Shown in pieces: positions 8,607 to 19,335 of a stretch of DNA of 32,000 nucleotides. The first letter of the stretch is position 1. Each line of letters begins with the position of its first letter. The stretch is from Candidatus Electronema aureum. GTDB taxonomy: Bacteria > Desulfobacterota > Desulfobulbia > Desulfobulbales > Desulfobulbaceae. Under the pieces are notes generated by a model, which saw only the letters and a list, made by a program, of their open reading frames with translations, made no database searches and was not told the DNA's origin. The stretch covers positions 1 through 32,000 of the forward strand of contig NQJD01000016.1 of NCBI GenBank assembly GCA_004284765.1, written 5' to 3'. The translations under genes and the position numbers were made by a program.

Positions 8607-9101
8607 GTGCAGATAAGCAAAAAATTTAACCGTATTGTGCTGGAGGGCCTCCGCTATGCCGCCGTGCAAGAGGAACATTTCAAAAAAATGAAGCCAGGTG
8701 TGAGCAAGGCCGTGCATTTCTTTGCCGCGCCACTGATCTGGACGGCAGTTGGTATCATGCTAATGGAACGCGGCTTGGGATGGATGGGTCTGCATATCAC
8801 CCTGCGTCTGTTGCTGATTGCTCTGCTGGTTGGCACCGCCAAGTCCCTGACCGTGCTGGACAAGACTGTGAAGAAAACCCTAAGCAGAATCATGGGATTT
8901 GGCGATAATACTTGCATCGGCGCGGTCTATCCGTGGAAGACTTGGCTGCTCGTTCTCCTGATGATGGCTTTCGGTATTGCCCTCCGCATCTTAACTGAAC
9001 CGGGTCTTTTCCTCGGCGCGATCTATTTTGCCATTGGCTGGGCCTTGCTGCTCTCCAGTCGCCACGGTTGGGCGCAGTGGTTGCACTGGCTGCGCCGCTA
9101 A
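8607..9101 (+). CDS. Hypothetical integral membrane protein (about 4 TM segments)
   Basis: ORF from GTG at 8607. An alternative ATG at 8688 (MKPGVSKAV...) has AGAGGA upstream. Hydrophobic segments run throughout. No family recognised. Confidence 0.55.
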   Translation: MQISKKFNRIVLEGLRYAAVQEEHFKKMKPGVSKAVHFFAAPLIWTAVGIMLMERGLGWMGLHITLRLLLIALLVGTAKSLTVLDKTVKKTLSRIMGFGDNTCIGAVYPWKTWLLVLLMMAFGIALRILTEPGLFLGAIYFAIGWALLLSSRHGWAQWLHWLRR

Positions 9102-9130
9102 TTTTTTTCCCCTTCTGAGACAACAACGCC

Positions 9131-10291
9131 ATGCAGCAATCTGTTGCTGATTTATACCATCGCTCGGCGGCGGTGGTTGATTTATCTTGCATCACGCATA
9201 ACCTGAACGAGGTGCGAAGAAAAGTTCCCGGACGCAAGATCATCGCCATGATTAAGGCCAATGCCTACGGCCACGGATTGACGCGGGTAGGTGCGCATTT
9301 AGCGGCGGAAGGCGTGGATTACCTCGGCACCGCTTTTGTCGAAGAAGCCTTAGAACTGCGCAAGGCAGGCATCACCATTCCGATCATTACTTCCGGGCCA
9401 TTCTCCAAATTTCAGATTGGCCTGTTTATTGAGAATCAAATTGATTTTACTGTCGCCTCAGTTGATGCCCTCCATTTAATCAGCGAATCAGCCGCCTTTT
9501 ATAAAAAGCGGGTCAATGTTCATTTGAAGATAGACACCGGCATGATGCGGATTGGCATCCGGCATTCCAATGCTGACCAGCTTTTTGCTGCTGCGCTGAA
9601 GGTAGAAAAGCAGGTCAATGTGGTGTCGATTTTCTCCCATTTCGCCAATGCAGATAGTGAAGACCTCAGCTTTGCCCGCCTTCAGCTCGAACGCTTCTTA
9701 GAGGCTGCTCATTTTTATGACAAGCACAATCTGCCCAAGCCACTACTGCAAATCGCCAATTCCGCCGCCATCCTGCGAATGCCGGAAAGTCTGCTTGACA
9801 TGGTCAGGCCAGGGATTATGCTGTATGGCTATCATCCTTCGCAGTGTTGCAAGGCCGAGGCGAAGCTGCTTCCTGCTCTGTCGCTGCGGGCCAAGGCGAT
9901 GTATTTCAAAGTGATCCTCGAAGACAGCACGGTGGGCTACGGCAGGACATGGACAGCATCAGAAAATTGCCGGGCCGTCACTCTGCCGATAGGCTACGGC
10001 GACGGCTATTCGCGGGGTTTGTCGAATAAGGGACAGGTGCTGCTACGCGGCAAGCGATATCCAGTGGTCGGCACGGTCTGTATGGATCAAATCGTGGTCT
10101 GCATCAGCGATGGCGAGGCGTACAACGGCGAGGAGGTCATCCTCATCGGCAGGCAGGGCGAGGAAACAATCACGGCAGATGAGATTGCCGGGCAGCTTGG
10201 CACGATCAGCTATGAGGTGCTGACGGGCATCAGCCAGCGGGTGCCGAGGATTTTTATAGATAAAAAGCGAGGACAAAATAATGGAATCTGA
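9131..10291 (+). CDS. alr: Alanine racemase
   Basis: 386 aa. It has the PLP-lysine motif AMIKANAYGHG and a C-terminal ...GYGDGYSR...VCMDQ... region typical of Alr. Confidence 0.9.
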   Translation: MQQSVADLYHRSAAVVDLSCITHNLNEVRRKVPGRKIIAMIKANAYGHGLTRVGAHLAAEGVDYLGTAFVEEALELRKAGITIPIITSGPFSKFQIGLFIENQIDFTVASVDALHLISESAAFYKKRVNVHLKIDTGMMRIGIRHSNADQLFAAALKVEKQVNVVSIFSHFANADSEDLSFARLQLERFLEAAHFYDKHNLPKPLLQIANSAAILRMPESLLDMVRPGIMLYGYHPSQCCKAEAKLLPALSLRAKAMYFKVILEDSTVGYGRTWTASENCRAVTLPIGYGDGYSRGLSNKGQVLLRGKRYPVVGTVCMDQIVVCISDGEAYNGEEVILIGRQGEETITADEIAGQLGTISYEVLTGISQRVPRIFIDKKRGQNNGI

Positions 10292-11396
10292 AATTCACAT
10301 ACATCCAGATGCCGCTAAAAATATCAATAAAAGAGCGAATGAAATTCTATCGCTTGTACACGAAGTCCAACCAGTGAAATGCACAGAAAATTCTTCTTTC
10401 AAGTCTGAGAGAGTCATTTGTCATGATTTAGATGAACATGAATACACCGTAGATTACGAAGAAAGGATAGATTTAAAAGATGCTGAAAGGAAATTTATCG
10501 AATTCTCTTTCTATATAGGAGGGAGAAAGTTTTGCCTTGATAAAGATCATTACCATTTAGTTGCAGCTCTTTCAAGTCAAATAATATCATGTTTTTGCAA
10601 TAAAATTAGCAAAAAAATATCCATACAGCTTATATATAATTGGATTAAATTAAACTACGCAACTAATTATAGAAATATTATTTTTGATAGATACCTCGAA
10701 GAGGAAGCGAGAAGAAATATACGCGATATCACATGTTACATTCCAATAGCCAATCTTGAGATTGAAGAATCTTTTTTCGTTGGAAAACATGAACTGCGAC
10801 CATTATCAGAGATGGTAATAAATGAATGGGCAGAAAAATTATCGAGCAAGGAAAAAAATGATTTTTCTAACGATACAGCGTCGTTAATAGAAGATATTAG
10901 GCGTGAATGGCAAGGTCTTGCGGTTGTCGTATGCAAATACAATTCCGATGAATACCATGCTCATGCTTTGGCACGAGAAGAGGCAAGCAAGATTATTTCT
11001 ATTCTTGCGATATTTTTGCGAGAGATAACAATACCTAACATAAAAATATCATTGGGGCGATCAGAAGGAAATGATTTCATATCACGCGCAACATCTATTT
11101 CTCTGGCAGATAATAGGTTGACAATATATAAAGATTTTGAAAACAGGATGACATCAGTTCCATATCATAGAATAGATAAAAAATATATTAACTTATTGAA
11201 TGACCTTTGCTTTGAAAAAATATCCTGTCTTCTGGCTAAAGAAGAAAAGAGTTTAAATAAATTTCAGGAAAGAACGCTTGCTTCTCTGTTTATGTATTCC
11301 AAGTCTGCGTTTACCTCGGAACCAACCGAGAAGATAGTTTATACATTGACATCATTAGAAATAATACTTCTAAAAAACGACAGCGAACCAATTTAG
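10281..11396 (+). CDS. N-terminal part (about 366 aa) of an AT-rich HEPN-domain protein; the frame is interrupted, see next feature
   Basis: The ATG overlaps the last 11 nt of alr, with GAGGA 8 nt upstream. The region is strongly AT-rich relative to its flanks. The frame ends at TAG 11394, 16 nt after an A6 tract (11372-11377). The sequence ...EKIVYTLTSLEIILLK resembles the first HEPN helix. Confidence 0.7.
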   Translation: MESEIHIHPDAAKNINKRANEILSLVHEVQPVKCTENSSFKSERVICHDLDEHEYTVDYEERIDLKDAERKFIEFSFYIGGRKFCLDKDHYHLVAALSSQIISCFCNKISKKISIQLIYNWIKLNYATNYRNIIFDRYLEEEARRNIRDITCYIPIANLEIEESFFVGKHELRPLSEMVINEWAEKLSSKEKNDFSNDTASLIEDIRREWQGLAVVVCKYNSDEYHAHALAREEASKIISILAIFLREITIPNIKISLGRSEGNDFISRATSISLADNRLTIYKDFENRMTSVPYHRIDKKYINLLNDLCFEKISCLLAKEEKSLNKFQERTLASLFMYSKSAFTSEPTEKIVYTLTSLEIILLKNDSEPI

Positions 11397-11674
11397 CAGA
11401 ACGATTTGCATTTTTTCGTTCAAATAAATTTTCAGAAACAAAGGAATTGGTTAATATTATACGAAAAATTTATTCGATCAGATCAAAATATCTGCATCAT
11501 GGTTATTCAAGTTATGAACTCGAAATATCTTCAAAATTTATGTGTGAAGCATGGCTGTTTTTCATGCAATTGATAGCTGTTTCAGATTGCTTTCAAACTA
11601 AAGATGATTTTTTGTGTTCGATTGATGATAAAAAATTTGGCGGCGGAATATTTCTGCCGAAGAATGTAGTTTAA
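11378..11674 (+). CDS. C-terminal HEPN (Rx4H) part of the same gene, in the -1 frame
   Basis: The -1 frame is open from 11261. It reads ...NLAERFAFFRSNKFSETKELVNIIRKIYSIRSKYLHHG..., with R at 11480-11482 and H at 11495-11497 (Rx4H). The track lists only the TTG-started 11447-11674 portion. The stop lies 15 nt before the argS ATG. Confidence 0.65.
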   Translation, partial: RQRTNLAERFAFFRSNKFSETKELVNIIRKIYSIRSKYLHHGYSSYELEISSKFMCEAWLFFMQLIAVSDCFQTKDDFLCSIDDKKFGGGIFLPKNVV

Positions 11675-11689
11675 CAAAGAAATCCTTCC

Positions 11690-13345
11690 ATGATCCGATC
11701 ACGACTGAAAAACCTTCTTGACCACTGCTTCCAGCAGGGCGTGGAGCAGAACCTCTGGTCTGCCGCCGCTGCGGGCCTATACAATCTGGAAACGCCCAAG
11801 CACGAGGGCCAGGGCGATTTCGCCACCAACTTCGCCATGATCGTCGCGGGCAAGGAGCGGCGCAAGCCCCGCGAGGTCGCCGAGCAGCTCGCCGCGCTGC
11901 TCCGGCAGGATGCCGCCCTTTTAGACAAGGTGGAGATCGCCGGGCCGGGCTTTGTCAACCTTTTCGTCAATCCGGCGGTCTGGAGTTCAGTGCTCGCGCC
12001 GATTGCCGAGCAGCAGGAGCATTTCGGCCTCTGCGACATCGGCAAGGGCATGAAGGTGATGGTTGAGTTTGTCAGTGCCAACCCCACCGGCCCCTTGAGC
12101 GTTGGGCATGGCCGCAATGCCATCCTCGGTGACAGCATCGCCCGCTTGCTTATTGCTGCGGGCTACGATGTGACCCGCGAATACTACTTCAACGATGCCG
12201 GGCGGCAGATGCGCGTTCTCGGCGCATCGCTTCAGGCGCGTTACTTAGAAAAGCTGGGTCTGCCGAATGAATTCCCGGAGGACGGCTATCAGGGCGGCTA
12301 CATGTACGACATCGCCCAAGGCATGATTGACGAGGCGGGCGACGGCTTCAAGGACGCGGACGTAGATGTCTTCCGCAAGAGGGCGCAGGAAGCCATCTTT
12401 GCTGACATAGACGCGACCCTGAAGCGCATCGGCATTATCTTCGATTCCTACTACAACGAGCACGATCTCTACGAGAAAGGACTGATTGACGACGTAGTAA
12501 CAACGCTTCGGGCCAAGGGGTTAGTCTATGAGCAGGACGGCGCGACGTGGTTTAAGACCACTGAGTTCGGCCAAGCGCAAGACCGGGTGATCATCAAGAA
12601 CACCGGCGAACCGACCTACCGCCTGCCAGACATCGCCTATCACCGCGAGAAGTTCCGGCGCGGCTTTGAGCGGATGATCAACGTCTTCGGCTCTGATCAC
12701 ATCGCCACAGTGCCGGACGTGCTGGCCGGAGTCGAGGCTCTTGGCTTTGACAAAACCAAGGTGCAGGTCATCATGCATCAGTTTGTCACTCTGATGCGCG
12801 GCGGAAAGCAGGTGAAGATGTCCACCCGCAAGGCCACCTTTATCACGGTTGATGAGCTGGCCGACGAGGTGGGCATTGATGCGCTCCGCTTCTTCTTCCT
12901 CATGCGCAAGCCGGATTCCCAGCTTGAGTTTGATCTGGAATTAGCTAAGAGCCAGAGCCAAGAAAACCCAGTTTATTACGTGCAATACGGTCATGCTCGA
13001 CTCTGTTCCATTGAGCGGATGGCAGTAGAGCGCGGCGTGGTTGTGCCTGAACTGGCTGATGTGAATTTGGACTGCCTGCGCGAGCTGGAAGAATATCAGC
13101 TCCTCAAGACATTAGCCGCCTATCCCAGCTTGATCGCAGATGCGGCCAATGATCTTTCCCCGCACCGCATTATCTTCTTCCTGATGGATTTAGCTGGACA
13201 GTTCCACTCTTTCTACAACAAGCACAAGGTGATGACTGAGGATGCGCAGCTCACAGCAGCGCGGTTCTGTCTGTGCCGGGGAATTAAGACTGTGCTGGCG
13301 AATGGGTTGGGGCTGGTCGGCGTAACTGCGCCGGAAAGGATGTAA
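11690..13345 (+). CDS. argS: Arginine--tRNA ligase
   Basis: 551 aa. It has the class-I motifs SANPTGPLSVGHGRN (HIGH-type) and KMSTRK (KMSKS-type), plus a DALR-type C-terminal anticodon-binding region. Confidence 0.92.
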   Translation: MIRSRLKNLLDHCFQQGVEQNLWSAAAAGLYNLETPKHEGQGDFATNFAMIVAGKERRKPREVAEQLAALLRQDAALLDKVEIAGPGFVNLFVNPAVWSSVLAPIAEQQEHFGLCDIGKGMKVMVEFVSANPTGPLSVGHGRNAILGDSIARLLIAAGYDVTREYYFNDAGRQMRVLGASLQARYLEKLGLPNEFPEDGYQGGYMYDIAQGMIDEAGDGFKDADVDVFRKRAQEAIFADIDATLKRIGIIFDSYYNEHDLYEKGLIDDVVTTLRAKGLVYEQDGATWFKTTEFGQAQDRVIIKNTGEPTYRLPDIAYHREKFRRGFERMINVFGSDHIATVPDVLAGVEALGFDKTKVQVIMHQFVTLMRGGKQVKMSTRKATFITVDELADEVGIDALRFFFLMRKPDSQLEFDLELAKSQSQENPVYYVQYGHARLCSIERMAVERGVVVPELADVNLDCLRELEEYQLLKTLAAYPSLIADAANDLSPHRIIFFLMDLAGQFHSFYNKHKVMTEDAQLTAARFCLCRGIKTVLANGLGLVGVTAPERM

Positions 13346-13355
13346 TGTTGTAAAG

Positions 13356-13379
13356 AGTGGGCAGTAAACACTGCCCACT
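13356..13379. terminator. Bidirectional hairpin between the convergent argS and OMF genes
   Basis: AGTGGGCAGT-aaac-ACTGCCCACT: a 10-bp perfect stem, flanked by aaa/tt. Confidence 0.6.
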
Positions 13380-13384
13380 TTGCC

Positions 13385-14791
13385 CTACTCCACTTTGGGG
13401 GTCTTCACTTGTACTTCCAAGAGATCGGTGAACGGCTCCAGATTTTTCCCTGCTGCCGCGAGCAATTGATGCCGGGCTTGATGATAGGCAACAACTGCCT
13501 GCGCCAGTCGCCCGTATGTGGTGGTCAAGTCACGCTGGGCCTCGTTGAGCCGAACAAGTGAGGATGCTCCTGCCTCGTATTCACTCTGAGCCAGTTTTCG
13601 GTTTTCTTTGACTAAATCGACGCTTTCCTGCTGAAGCCGCACTAATTTGGCTGCTGCTACGAGCAGAGCAGCATCTTGCTTTATTTCCGCCGTAATGCTA
13701 TTGCGTAAATCAGCGTAGCCGTAGGCGGCTTCCCTTTTCGCCTGCCGTGCTTCCATCGCCGCTGCCTCGACCGCGCCGCCAGAATAAAGATTCCAGCTCA
13801 AGCTCAGGCCCACGGACGCGCCGATATCATCGCTTTCCGGGAAAAGGTTCTTTTGACTGACCGCCCCGGCCTGCCCCTTGACTTGTACTTTGGGCGAATT
13901 CTGCGCCTCGGCCTGCTGAACTCCAGCCTCCGCTCCCTTGATTTGCAAGGTCAGCTTTTTCACATCCGGTCGATTTTTCAAAGCTTCGCTGATCAAGGTC
14001 TCGGTGTTAACGGCCATGCTGTCATCGGGCGGATTAAATTTTTTATCTAACTCGGACAGCTCTGGCAAGGCAGAATCCTCAACGCCGAGTAAGGCTGATA
14101 AACCGTAACGCGCCGCCTCATGCTGCCGCTGCGCACTGATGACGCTGTTTTTAGCCGAATTGACCTGCACTCTGATGTTCAACACGTCGCCCCAAGAACC
14201 GGTGCCAGCCTGAAAGCGGTGCTGGGCATCTTTGAGCTGTTGCTCGTAAAATTCCTGATCTCCGGCAGCGATTTCGATGGAGGTTTTCGCTAATTGGGCA
14301 TTGAAAAAGGCATCGGCAACCGCAGCGATCAATAATCGCTGACTATTCCGTTTAGCAGCGGCGGAGGATTTTTCGCCGTACTCGGCCTGCTCTTGCTGAA
14401 ATTTGCGAGCATATCCGTCGAACAGCAGCCAAGAAGCCTGTAAACCGAGAGAGCTGTTTTCGCTGATCTCACCCTCTTGATCGCTTTGCGCACCTAAATT
14501 CGCCACCACATCGACGCTGGGCTGCTGGGAGGCAATCACCTGCTTGATCTTGGCCTTGGCTTGCTCAATCCTTGCCTGCGCCGCGCCGATGCCCGGATTA
14601 CCTTGCAAGGCGATCCGCTGGGCTTCTGGTAGCTCCAGCATTTTAGTCTTAACAGGAGGGGGGGCCACAGGTTCGGCAGCTATCGCCTGCTCCTCGACAG
14701 GTTTAGGTTTCTCTTTTGTTTTTTTGCCCCAAGCTGGTGGGGTGAGCATCAAACAACCAGCTAATAAAGCAAACGTTATCCGTTTCATCAT
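13385..14791 (-). CDS. Efflux outer-membrane factor (TolC/NodT family), probable lipoprotein
   Basis: 468 aa. N-terminus MMKRITFALLAGC carries a lipobox. It has two-fold internal repeat, coiled-coil-rich TolC-type sequence and is the last gene of the RND operon. Confidence 0.85.
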   Translation of the reverse strand: MMKRITFALLAGCLMLTPPAWGKKTKEKPKPVEEQAIAAEPVAPPPVKTKMLELPEAQRIALQGNPGIGAAQARIEQAKAKIKQVIASQQPSVDVVANLGAQSDQEGEISENSSLGLQASWLLFDGYARKFQQEQAEYGEKSSAAAKRNSQRLLIAAVADAFFNAQLAKTSIEIAAGDQEFYEQQLKDAQHRFQAGTGSWGDVLNIRVQVNSAKNSVISAQRQHEAARYGLSALLGVEDSALPELSELDKKFNPPDDSMAVNTETLISEALKNRPDVKKLTLQIKGAEAGVQQAEAQNSPKVQVKGQAGAVSQKNLFPESDDIGASVGLSLSWNLYSGGAVEAAAMEARQAKREAAYGYADLRNSITAEIKQDAALLVAAAKLVRLQQESVDLVKENRKLAQSEYEAGASSLVRLNEAQRDLTTTYGRLAQAVVAYHQARHQLLAAAGKNLEPFTDLLEVQVKTPKVE

Positions 14792-14887
14792 CTTCTCCTG
14801 TGTGTATCAAAGGTAGGGAAATTCATTTTCTGCCATGCAATTGCAGGGCTTTGTCCCATAAAAACTATGAAATTTCAATCCAGAAGG

Positions 14888-17800
14888 CTATATTTCCTCC
14901 CCGGAAAGCAAAGAATACAGCTCCTGTCTCTTCCTGTCGAGTCTCTTTTTGCCAAGTACCAGATTCTCCTTCCCCTGCTCCAGCAAAAAATAGAGCGTGG
15001 GTACAACAACTAAGGTCAGAAAGGTGGCTGCCAGCAGGCCGAAGCTAACTGCAACCGCCATCGATTGCCAGAACTGGCTGGACTCGCTGACCCAAGACAT
15101 GATGAGGTTGCGGAAATCGTAGGATACGCCGGTGATCATTGGCACGAGGCCAAGAATGGTAGTGATCGCAGTTAGCAGCACAGGCCGTAAGCGGGTAGCG
15201 CCGGCCAGCACCACTGCCTCGCGGACAGCAAAGCCGTTACTTCGCAGCTGGTTGGTATAATCGATCAGCACAATGGCGTTATTCACCGCTACACCTGCCA
15301 ACGAAATCACGCCAATACCAGTCATGATGATACCAAAAGGCATTTGGTAGAGCATTAGACCAAAGAACGCGCCGCCCATCGACAACACCACCGAAGTCAT
15401 GATCAGGAAAGGCTGACTGATTGAATTGAATTGCGTGACGAGAATCAGGAAAATGAGCAGCAGGGCGACGGCAAATGCTTTGCTGAGGAAAGCCTGCGAT
15501 TCCTCCTGATCTTGATTTTCACCAGTGAAGGTAATTTTGTAGCCAGGCGGCAGCGGTATCTGGGCCAGCAGTTTCTCAGCCTGCATCCGCACCACTGAGC
15601 CAGTGACTTTGGTCTCATCAACATTGGCCTTCACCGTCACCACTCGTTCGCTGTTGATCCGACTGATGTTGCCCACTGAGCCGGTAATATCAACGGTGGC
15701 CAAGGTAGAGAGTGGCACAGCAATGCCACTTGGCGCGGGAATCAGGAGGCTGCGCAGTACATCAGCGTGCCGCCGCTCCGCATCGGGGAGCTGCACAGTG
15801 ATGTCATAGTCGTCGTTCCCTTCCCGATACGAAGAGACCGCCAAGCCGTTATAGGCCGATTTGAGGGCGAAACCGATCATGCCGCTACTTAGGCCGAATA
15901 AGGCCGCCTTTTGTCGGTCGATTGTAACGCGCACTGAAGGTGTACCTTCAATATAGTTATCCCGGATGTCCTCTACATGCGGCAGTTTTTCCAGCACTTT
16001 TTTAATCTCTTTGGCAAGGCTGCCTATGACAGCAAAGTTGTCACCAGCTATTTCAAGATTGATCGCTGCACCGGTGGGTGGCCCTTCTGCCTCCAAGGCC
16101 ACCGTGAGCTTGGCACCGGGAATGTTGGCAATCCGTTTCCTGATTTCCTCTACAGTATCATTGCTCGACTGCGAGCGATCAGCCAGATCAATAAAACGGA
16201 TGCCAATATAATTGGGCGTGTTGGCCTCAAAAGCCGAGCTGCCGCTGCTGGCCGAGACAGCTCGGGTGTAGATGATCTTTATATTTTCCAAATCGCTCGG
16301 CCCAGTGACGGTTTGCCCGGTTTTCAGACGATGTCCTTTGGGCTGAAAGGCTTGAGCATGACGGTTGCCGAGACTGCCCTTTTCTCCACCGCCACCCGCT
16401 ACAGCTATCTCTACTTGACGGAGAATGCTGTCGATGTATTCTAAATCAGCACCTTCTGGCACATCAACATTGACATAAATGCCCTTGGGATCAGTAGCTG
16501 GGAAAAATTCCACCGGCGTTTTCAGACCAACTTCCAAGAGCCAGCCCTGTACCATAAAAACCATCAGCAGAACCGTTCCAAAAATCAACACAAGAGGATG
16601 ACGAAGAAAAAAACGCAGCTGACCTGCATACGTCCGCAGGATGAATCCTTTAATTTCAAGTGGTTTTTCCCAAGAAACTTCCTCATCAGCTGCTTTGCGT
16701 CGCCGCGCTTTTTTTGAGCTTTTCATGAACAAGGAGGCAAAGGCCGGATTGATCACTAAGGCAACAAAGAGGCTGGCGGTCAGGGTGATGATCAAGGTTA
16801 AAGGCAGGTAGCCCATAAATTCACCCATAAGACCAGGCCAGTACAGCATCGGCGCAAAAGCAGCTAAGGTAGTCAACGTGGAACCAATCACGGGCATGGC
16901 TACTTCAGACGTTGCCTTCATCGATGCTTCGACCCTGCTTGCGCCCTGTTCCATAAAGCGGTAGATGTTCTCGATAATGACGATGGCGTTATCGACCAGC
17001 ATTCCCAGAGCTAAAATCAGGCTGAAAAGGACAACCATGTTTAAGGTAATCCCCAGCATCTGAAGAATGGTGAAAGAGAGCAGCATAGAAAAAGGGATAG
17101 CGAGACTGACCATCACCGCATTGCGGAAACCCATGCCGAGAAAAACCACCGCCAGCACCAACACTAAGCCGGTAAGGATGTTGTTCTCCAAATCCGCCAC
17201 CATAATTTCGGTGTCCTTAGCCTTATCTAATACCTTCGTGATGTCAGTATCCTTCGGCCAAGCAGTCTTGCGTTGGTTGATAATATCCTGTACGGCTTGA
17301 GCAATGGCGATGATGTTTTCTCCAGCCCGTTTTTTCACCGCGATGTTGACCGCTTGCCGCCCGTTCATCCGTGAACGGCTGGTCTCTTCCTTGAAGCCAT
17401 CCAAAACCGTGGCTACTTCTTTGAGATAAACCGGCTGACCTTTGTGGGTGGTCAGCACGAGATTGTAAATTTCTTCTGGGGTGGCAAATTCGCCCGGCAC
17501 GCGGAGCTGAAATTTGCCATCACCCAGATGAAGAACACCGCCAGAGGTGTTACTGTTTTCGCTCTGAACAGCGGTTTGGAGGGAATTTATGCTCAAACCA
17601 TAGTGTGACAGCTTTTCTGGCGAGACCTCAATACGAATTTCCCGCTCTTGGCCACCTGTAATATTTACTTCCAGCACACCTGGTACGGCCTCAATTTCAT
17701 CTTCTAAGTCATCGGCAATTTCCTTCAGACAGTGCAAGCCGCAGGTGCCAGAAAGTGAAAAGACCAGAATCGGCATTTCCGAGATATTGACCTCGAAAAT

Positions 17801-18184
17801 ACTGGGATCATCTTCTAAATCAGTAGGTAGCTCGCCCTTGGCTTGATCGACCTTGTCTTTGACCTTGCGCAGGGCATCGTCGATATCAATACCAGTAGTG
17901 AACTCGACATCAATCAGTGACTCGCCTTCAGAACTGACCGACTTAACGTTCTTTACTCCGTCCAATCCCTTGAGCTTGTTCTCAATCTTGATCGTGACCG
18001 AGGTTTCCATATCGCCGGGAGCCACGCCCCGATAAATAGTGGAAACAAAGACATGCGGAATGCTGACATCCGGCTCTGCCTCTCGCGGCAGAGTCAGATA
18101 GCTGTAGGTACCCATGACCAAGATGAGAGCGGCCAGCACCATCACCGCGATATTCTGCCGGACTGCGGTGTCGGAAATGATCAT
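14888..18184 (-). CDS. RND efflux transporter permease (AcrB/HAE-type)
   Basis: 1098 aa. It has the typical N-terminus ...[33 protein letters not shown] and a 12-TM organisation with two large periplasmic loops. Its start overlaps the MFP stop by 4 nt. Confidence 0.92.
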   Translation of the reverse strand: MIISDTAVRQNIAVMVLAALILVMGTYSYLTLPREAEPDVSIPHVFVSTIYRGVAPGDMETSVTIKIENKLKGLDGVKNVKSVSSEGESLIDVEFTTGIDIDDALRKVKDKVDQAKGELPTDLEDDPSIFEVNISEMPILVFSLSGTCGLHCLKEIADDLEDEIEAVPGVLEVNITGGQEREIRIEVSPEKLSHYGLSINSLQTAVQSENSNTSGGVLHLGDGKFQLRVPGEFATPEEIYNLVLTTHKGQPVYLKEVATVLDGFKEETSRSRMNGRQAVNIAVKKRAGENIIAIAQAVQDIINQRKTAWPKDTDITKVLDKAKDTEIMVADLENNILTGLVLVLAVVFLGMGFRNAVMVSLAIPFSMLLSFTILQMLGITLNMVVLFSLILALGMLVDNAIVIIENIYRFMEQGASRVEASMKATSEVAMPVIGSTLTTLAAFAPMLYWPGLMGEFMGYLPLTLIITLTASLFVALVINPAFASLFMKSSKKARRRKAADEEVSWEKPLEIKGFILRTYAGQLRFFLRHPLVLIFGTVLLMVFMVQGWLLEVGLKTPVEFFPATDPKGIYVNVDVPEGADLEYIDSILRQVEIAVAGGGGEKGSLGNRHAQAFQPKGHRLKTGQTVTGPSDLENIKIIYTRAVSASSGSSAFEANTPNYIGIRFIDLADRSQSSNDTVEEIRKRIANIPGAKLTVALEAEGPPTGAAINLEIAGDNFAVIGSLAKEIKKVLEKLPHVEDIRDNYIEGTPSVRVTIDRQKAALFGLSSGMIGFALKSAYNGLAVSSYREGNDDYDITVQLPDAERRHADVLRSLLIPAPSGIAVPLSTLATVDITGSVGNISRINSERVVTVKANVDETKVTGSVVRMQAEKLLAQIPLPPGYKITFTGENQDQEESQAFLSKAFAVALLLIFLILVTQFNSISQPFLIMTSVVLSMGGAFFGLMLYQMPFGIIMTGIGVISLAGVAVNNAIVLIDYTNQLRSNGFAVREAVVLAGATRLRPVLLTAITTILGLVPMITGVSYDFRNLIMSWVSESSQFWQSMAVAVSFGLLAATFLTLVVVPTLYFLLEQGKENLVLGKKRLDRKRQELYSLLSGEEI

Positions 18185-19335
18185 GGCAGCAGCTCCTTCA
18201 TGTCAGTGACAGACTTTACTGCCTTAATTTTTTGGCCATCTTCCACGCTGCGGTGGCCTTCAATAATGACCTTGTCGCCTGCTTGCAGACCGCTGTTAAT
18301 CAGCACCTGCCAACCTTCCAAAAAGCCGGTAGTCACGACTCGTCGCCGTGCTATCCCATTTTCATCAACATAAACGAAATGCTCGTTATTTCTCGAAATC
18401 ACGGCATAAAGTGGCACAGCTAAGGCCTGCTCTTGCGCTGTCTTGATGATCTCAGCTCGAACCAGCATTCCCGGTAAAATGCGATGGTCTATGTTGATCA
18501 GAGCTAATTCCAAACGATATACATGCGCTGAAGATTCTGGCGCGACTGCGAAATAATGAACCGGTGCAGCAATTTTTTTTCCACCTATAGCCTGCACTAC
18601 CACCTCTACCTCATGCAGTTGGCGCACCGCTTCCGCATCAGATTCAGGGATAGAAACCACTGCCTTAACTCGATCAATTTCTAAAATTTCGGCTATCTGC
18701 GCCGGGGCTAACGAATTGACTAAAAGGCCAACTTCCGCATCAAGGCGGCTGATCACTCCAGCCATCGGCGCGGTGATCTGACAGCGAGAAAGCCGAAGTT
18801 CCGCTTCTTCCAAATGAGCTTTGGCTTGGCGGAGCTGATTTTGCTGTTCATCCAAGTTGGCTTGAGTGGCAATCCCTTTGCTGCGCAGATTCTCATTACG
18901 GGCAAGATTGATCTGGGCTAACTCGTAGGCGGCTTTGGCTGCATCTAAGGTGATCTGGTAGTCTTTGCTTTCGATTCGGGCAATCAGCTGTCCTTTTTTT
19001 ACCCGCTCACCTTCACGAACAAAAATTTCCTCGATGCTGCCGCTCACCTTAGCCATCAGCTGTAGCTGCGTCCACGCCTCTACTTTGCCGGGCAGATTGA
19101 TCTTATCCCGCATCGTGGTCGGTTTAAGTTGCAGCGTAACTACGTTGATGGGCGGAGTTTCCACCGCCGTGGCGTTTTTCAGCTCCTCTTCCAGCATTGC
19201 CCTTTTTTCTTTAATCTTTTCATTGGTCAGCGCGGCAATACCAAGCAGTAGCAGGATGAAGAGAAAGCCGGGCAGATTATGCAGGAAAAACCAGACAATT
19301 TTCCCGCGCAAGGTTCTGGGTTCAGGCGTATTCAT
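18181..19335 (-). CDS. RND periplasmic adaptor (membrane fusion protein, HlyD/AcrA family)
   Basis: 384 aa. It has an N-terminal TM anchor, a lipoyl-like plus coiled-coil hairpin (ARIESKDYQITLDAAKAAYELAQ...) and a beta-barrel C-terminal part. It has 4-nt overlaps with tetR and the RND gene. Confidence 0.88.
   Translation of the reverse strand: MNTPEPRTLRGKIVWFFLHNLPGFLFILLLLGIAALTNEKIKEKRAMLEEELKNATAVETPPINVVTLQLKPTTMRDKINLPGKVEAWTQLQLMAKVSGSIEEIFVREGERVKKGQLIARIESKDYQITLDAAKAAYELAQINLARNENLRSKGIATQANLDEQQNQLRQAKAHLEEAELRLSRCQITAPMAGVISRLDAEVGLLVNSLAPAQIAEILEIDRVKAVVSIPESDAEAVRQLHEVEVVVQAIGGKKIAAPVHYFAVAPESSAHVYRLELALINIDHRILPGMLVRAEIIKTAQEQALAVPLYAVISRNNEHFVYVDENGIARRRVVTTGFLEGWQVLINSGLQAGDKVIIEGHRSVEDGQKIKAVKSVTDMKELLP

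Noticed and set aside
11447-11674. The 75-aa ORF treated as an independent small HEPN gene starting at TTG 11447
   Set aside because: The same frame is open upstream to 11261 and encodes the preceding HEPN helices (LAERFAFF...). No RBS precedes the TTG. It is better explained as the C-terminal part of the 10281 gene after a frame change at 11372-11378.
11671-12138. 155-aa minus-strand ORF overlapping the start of argS
   Set aside because: It is antisense to a confidently identified argS and has an Arg/Ser/Ala-rich low-complexity product. It is a shadow ORF.
15603-18373. Several 60-155-aa plus-strand ORFs (e.g. 15977-16444, 17067-17300, 18053-18373)
   Set aside because: They are antisense to the RND and MFP genes and show no motifs or translation signals.
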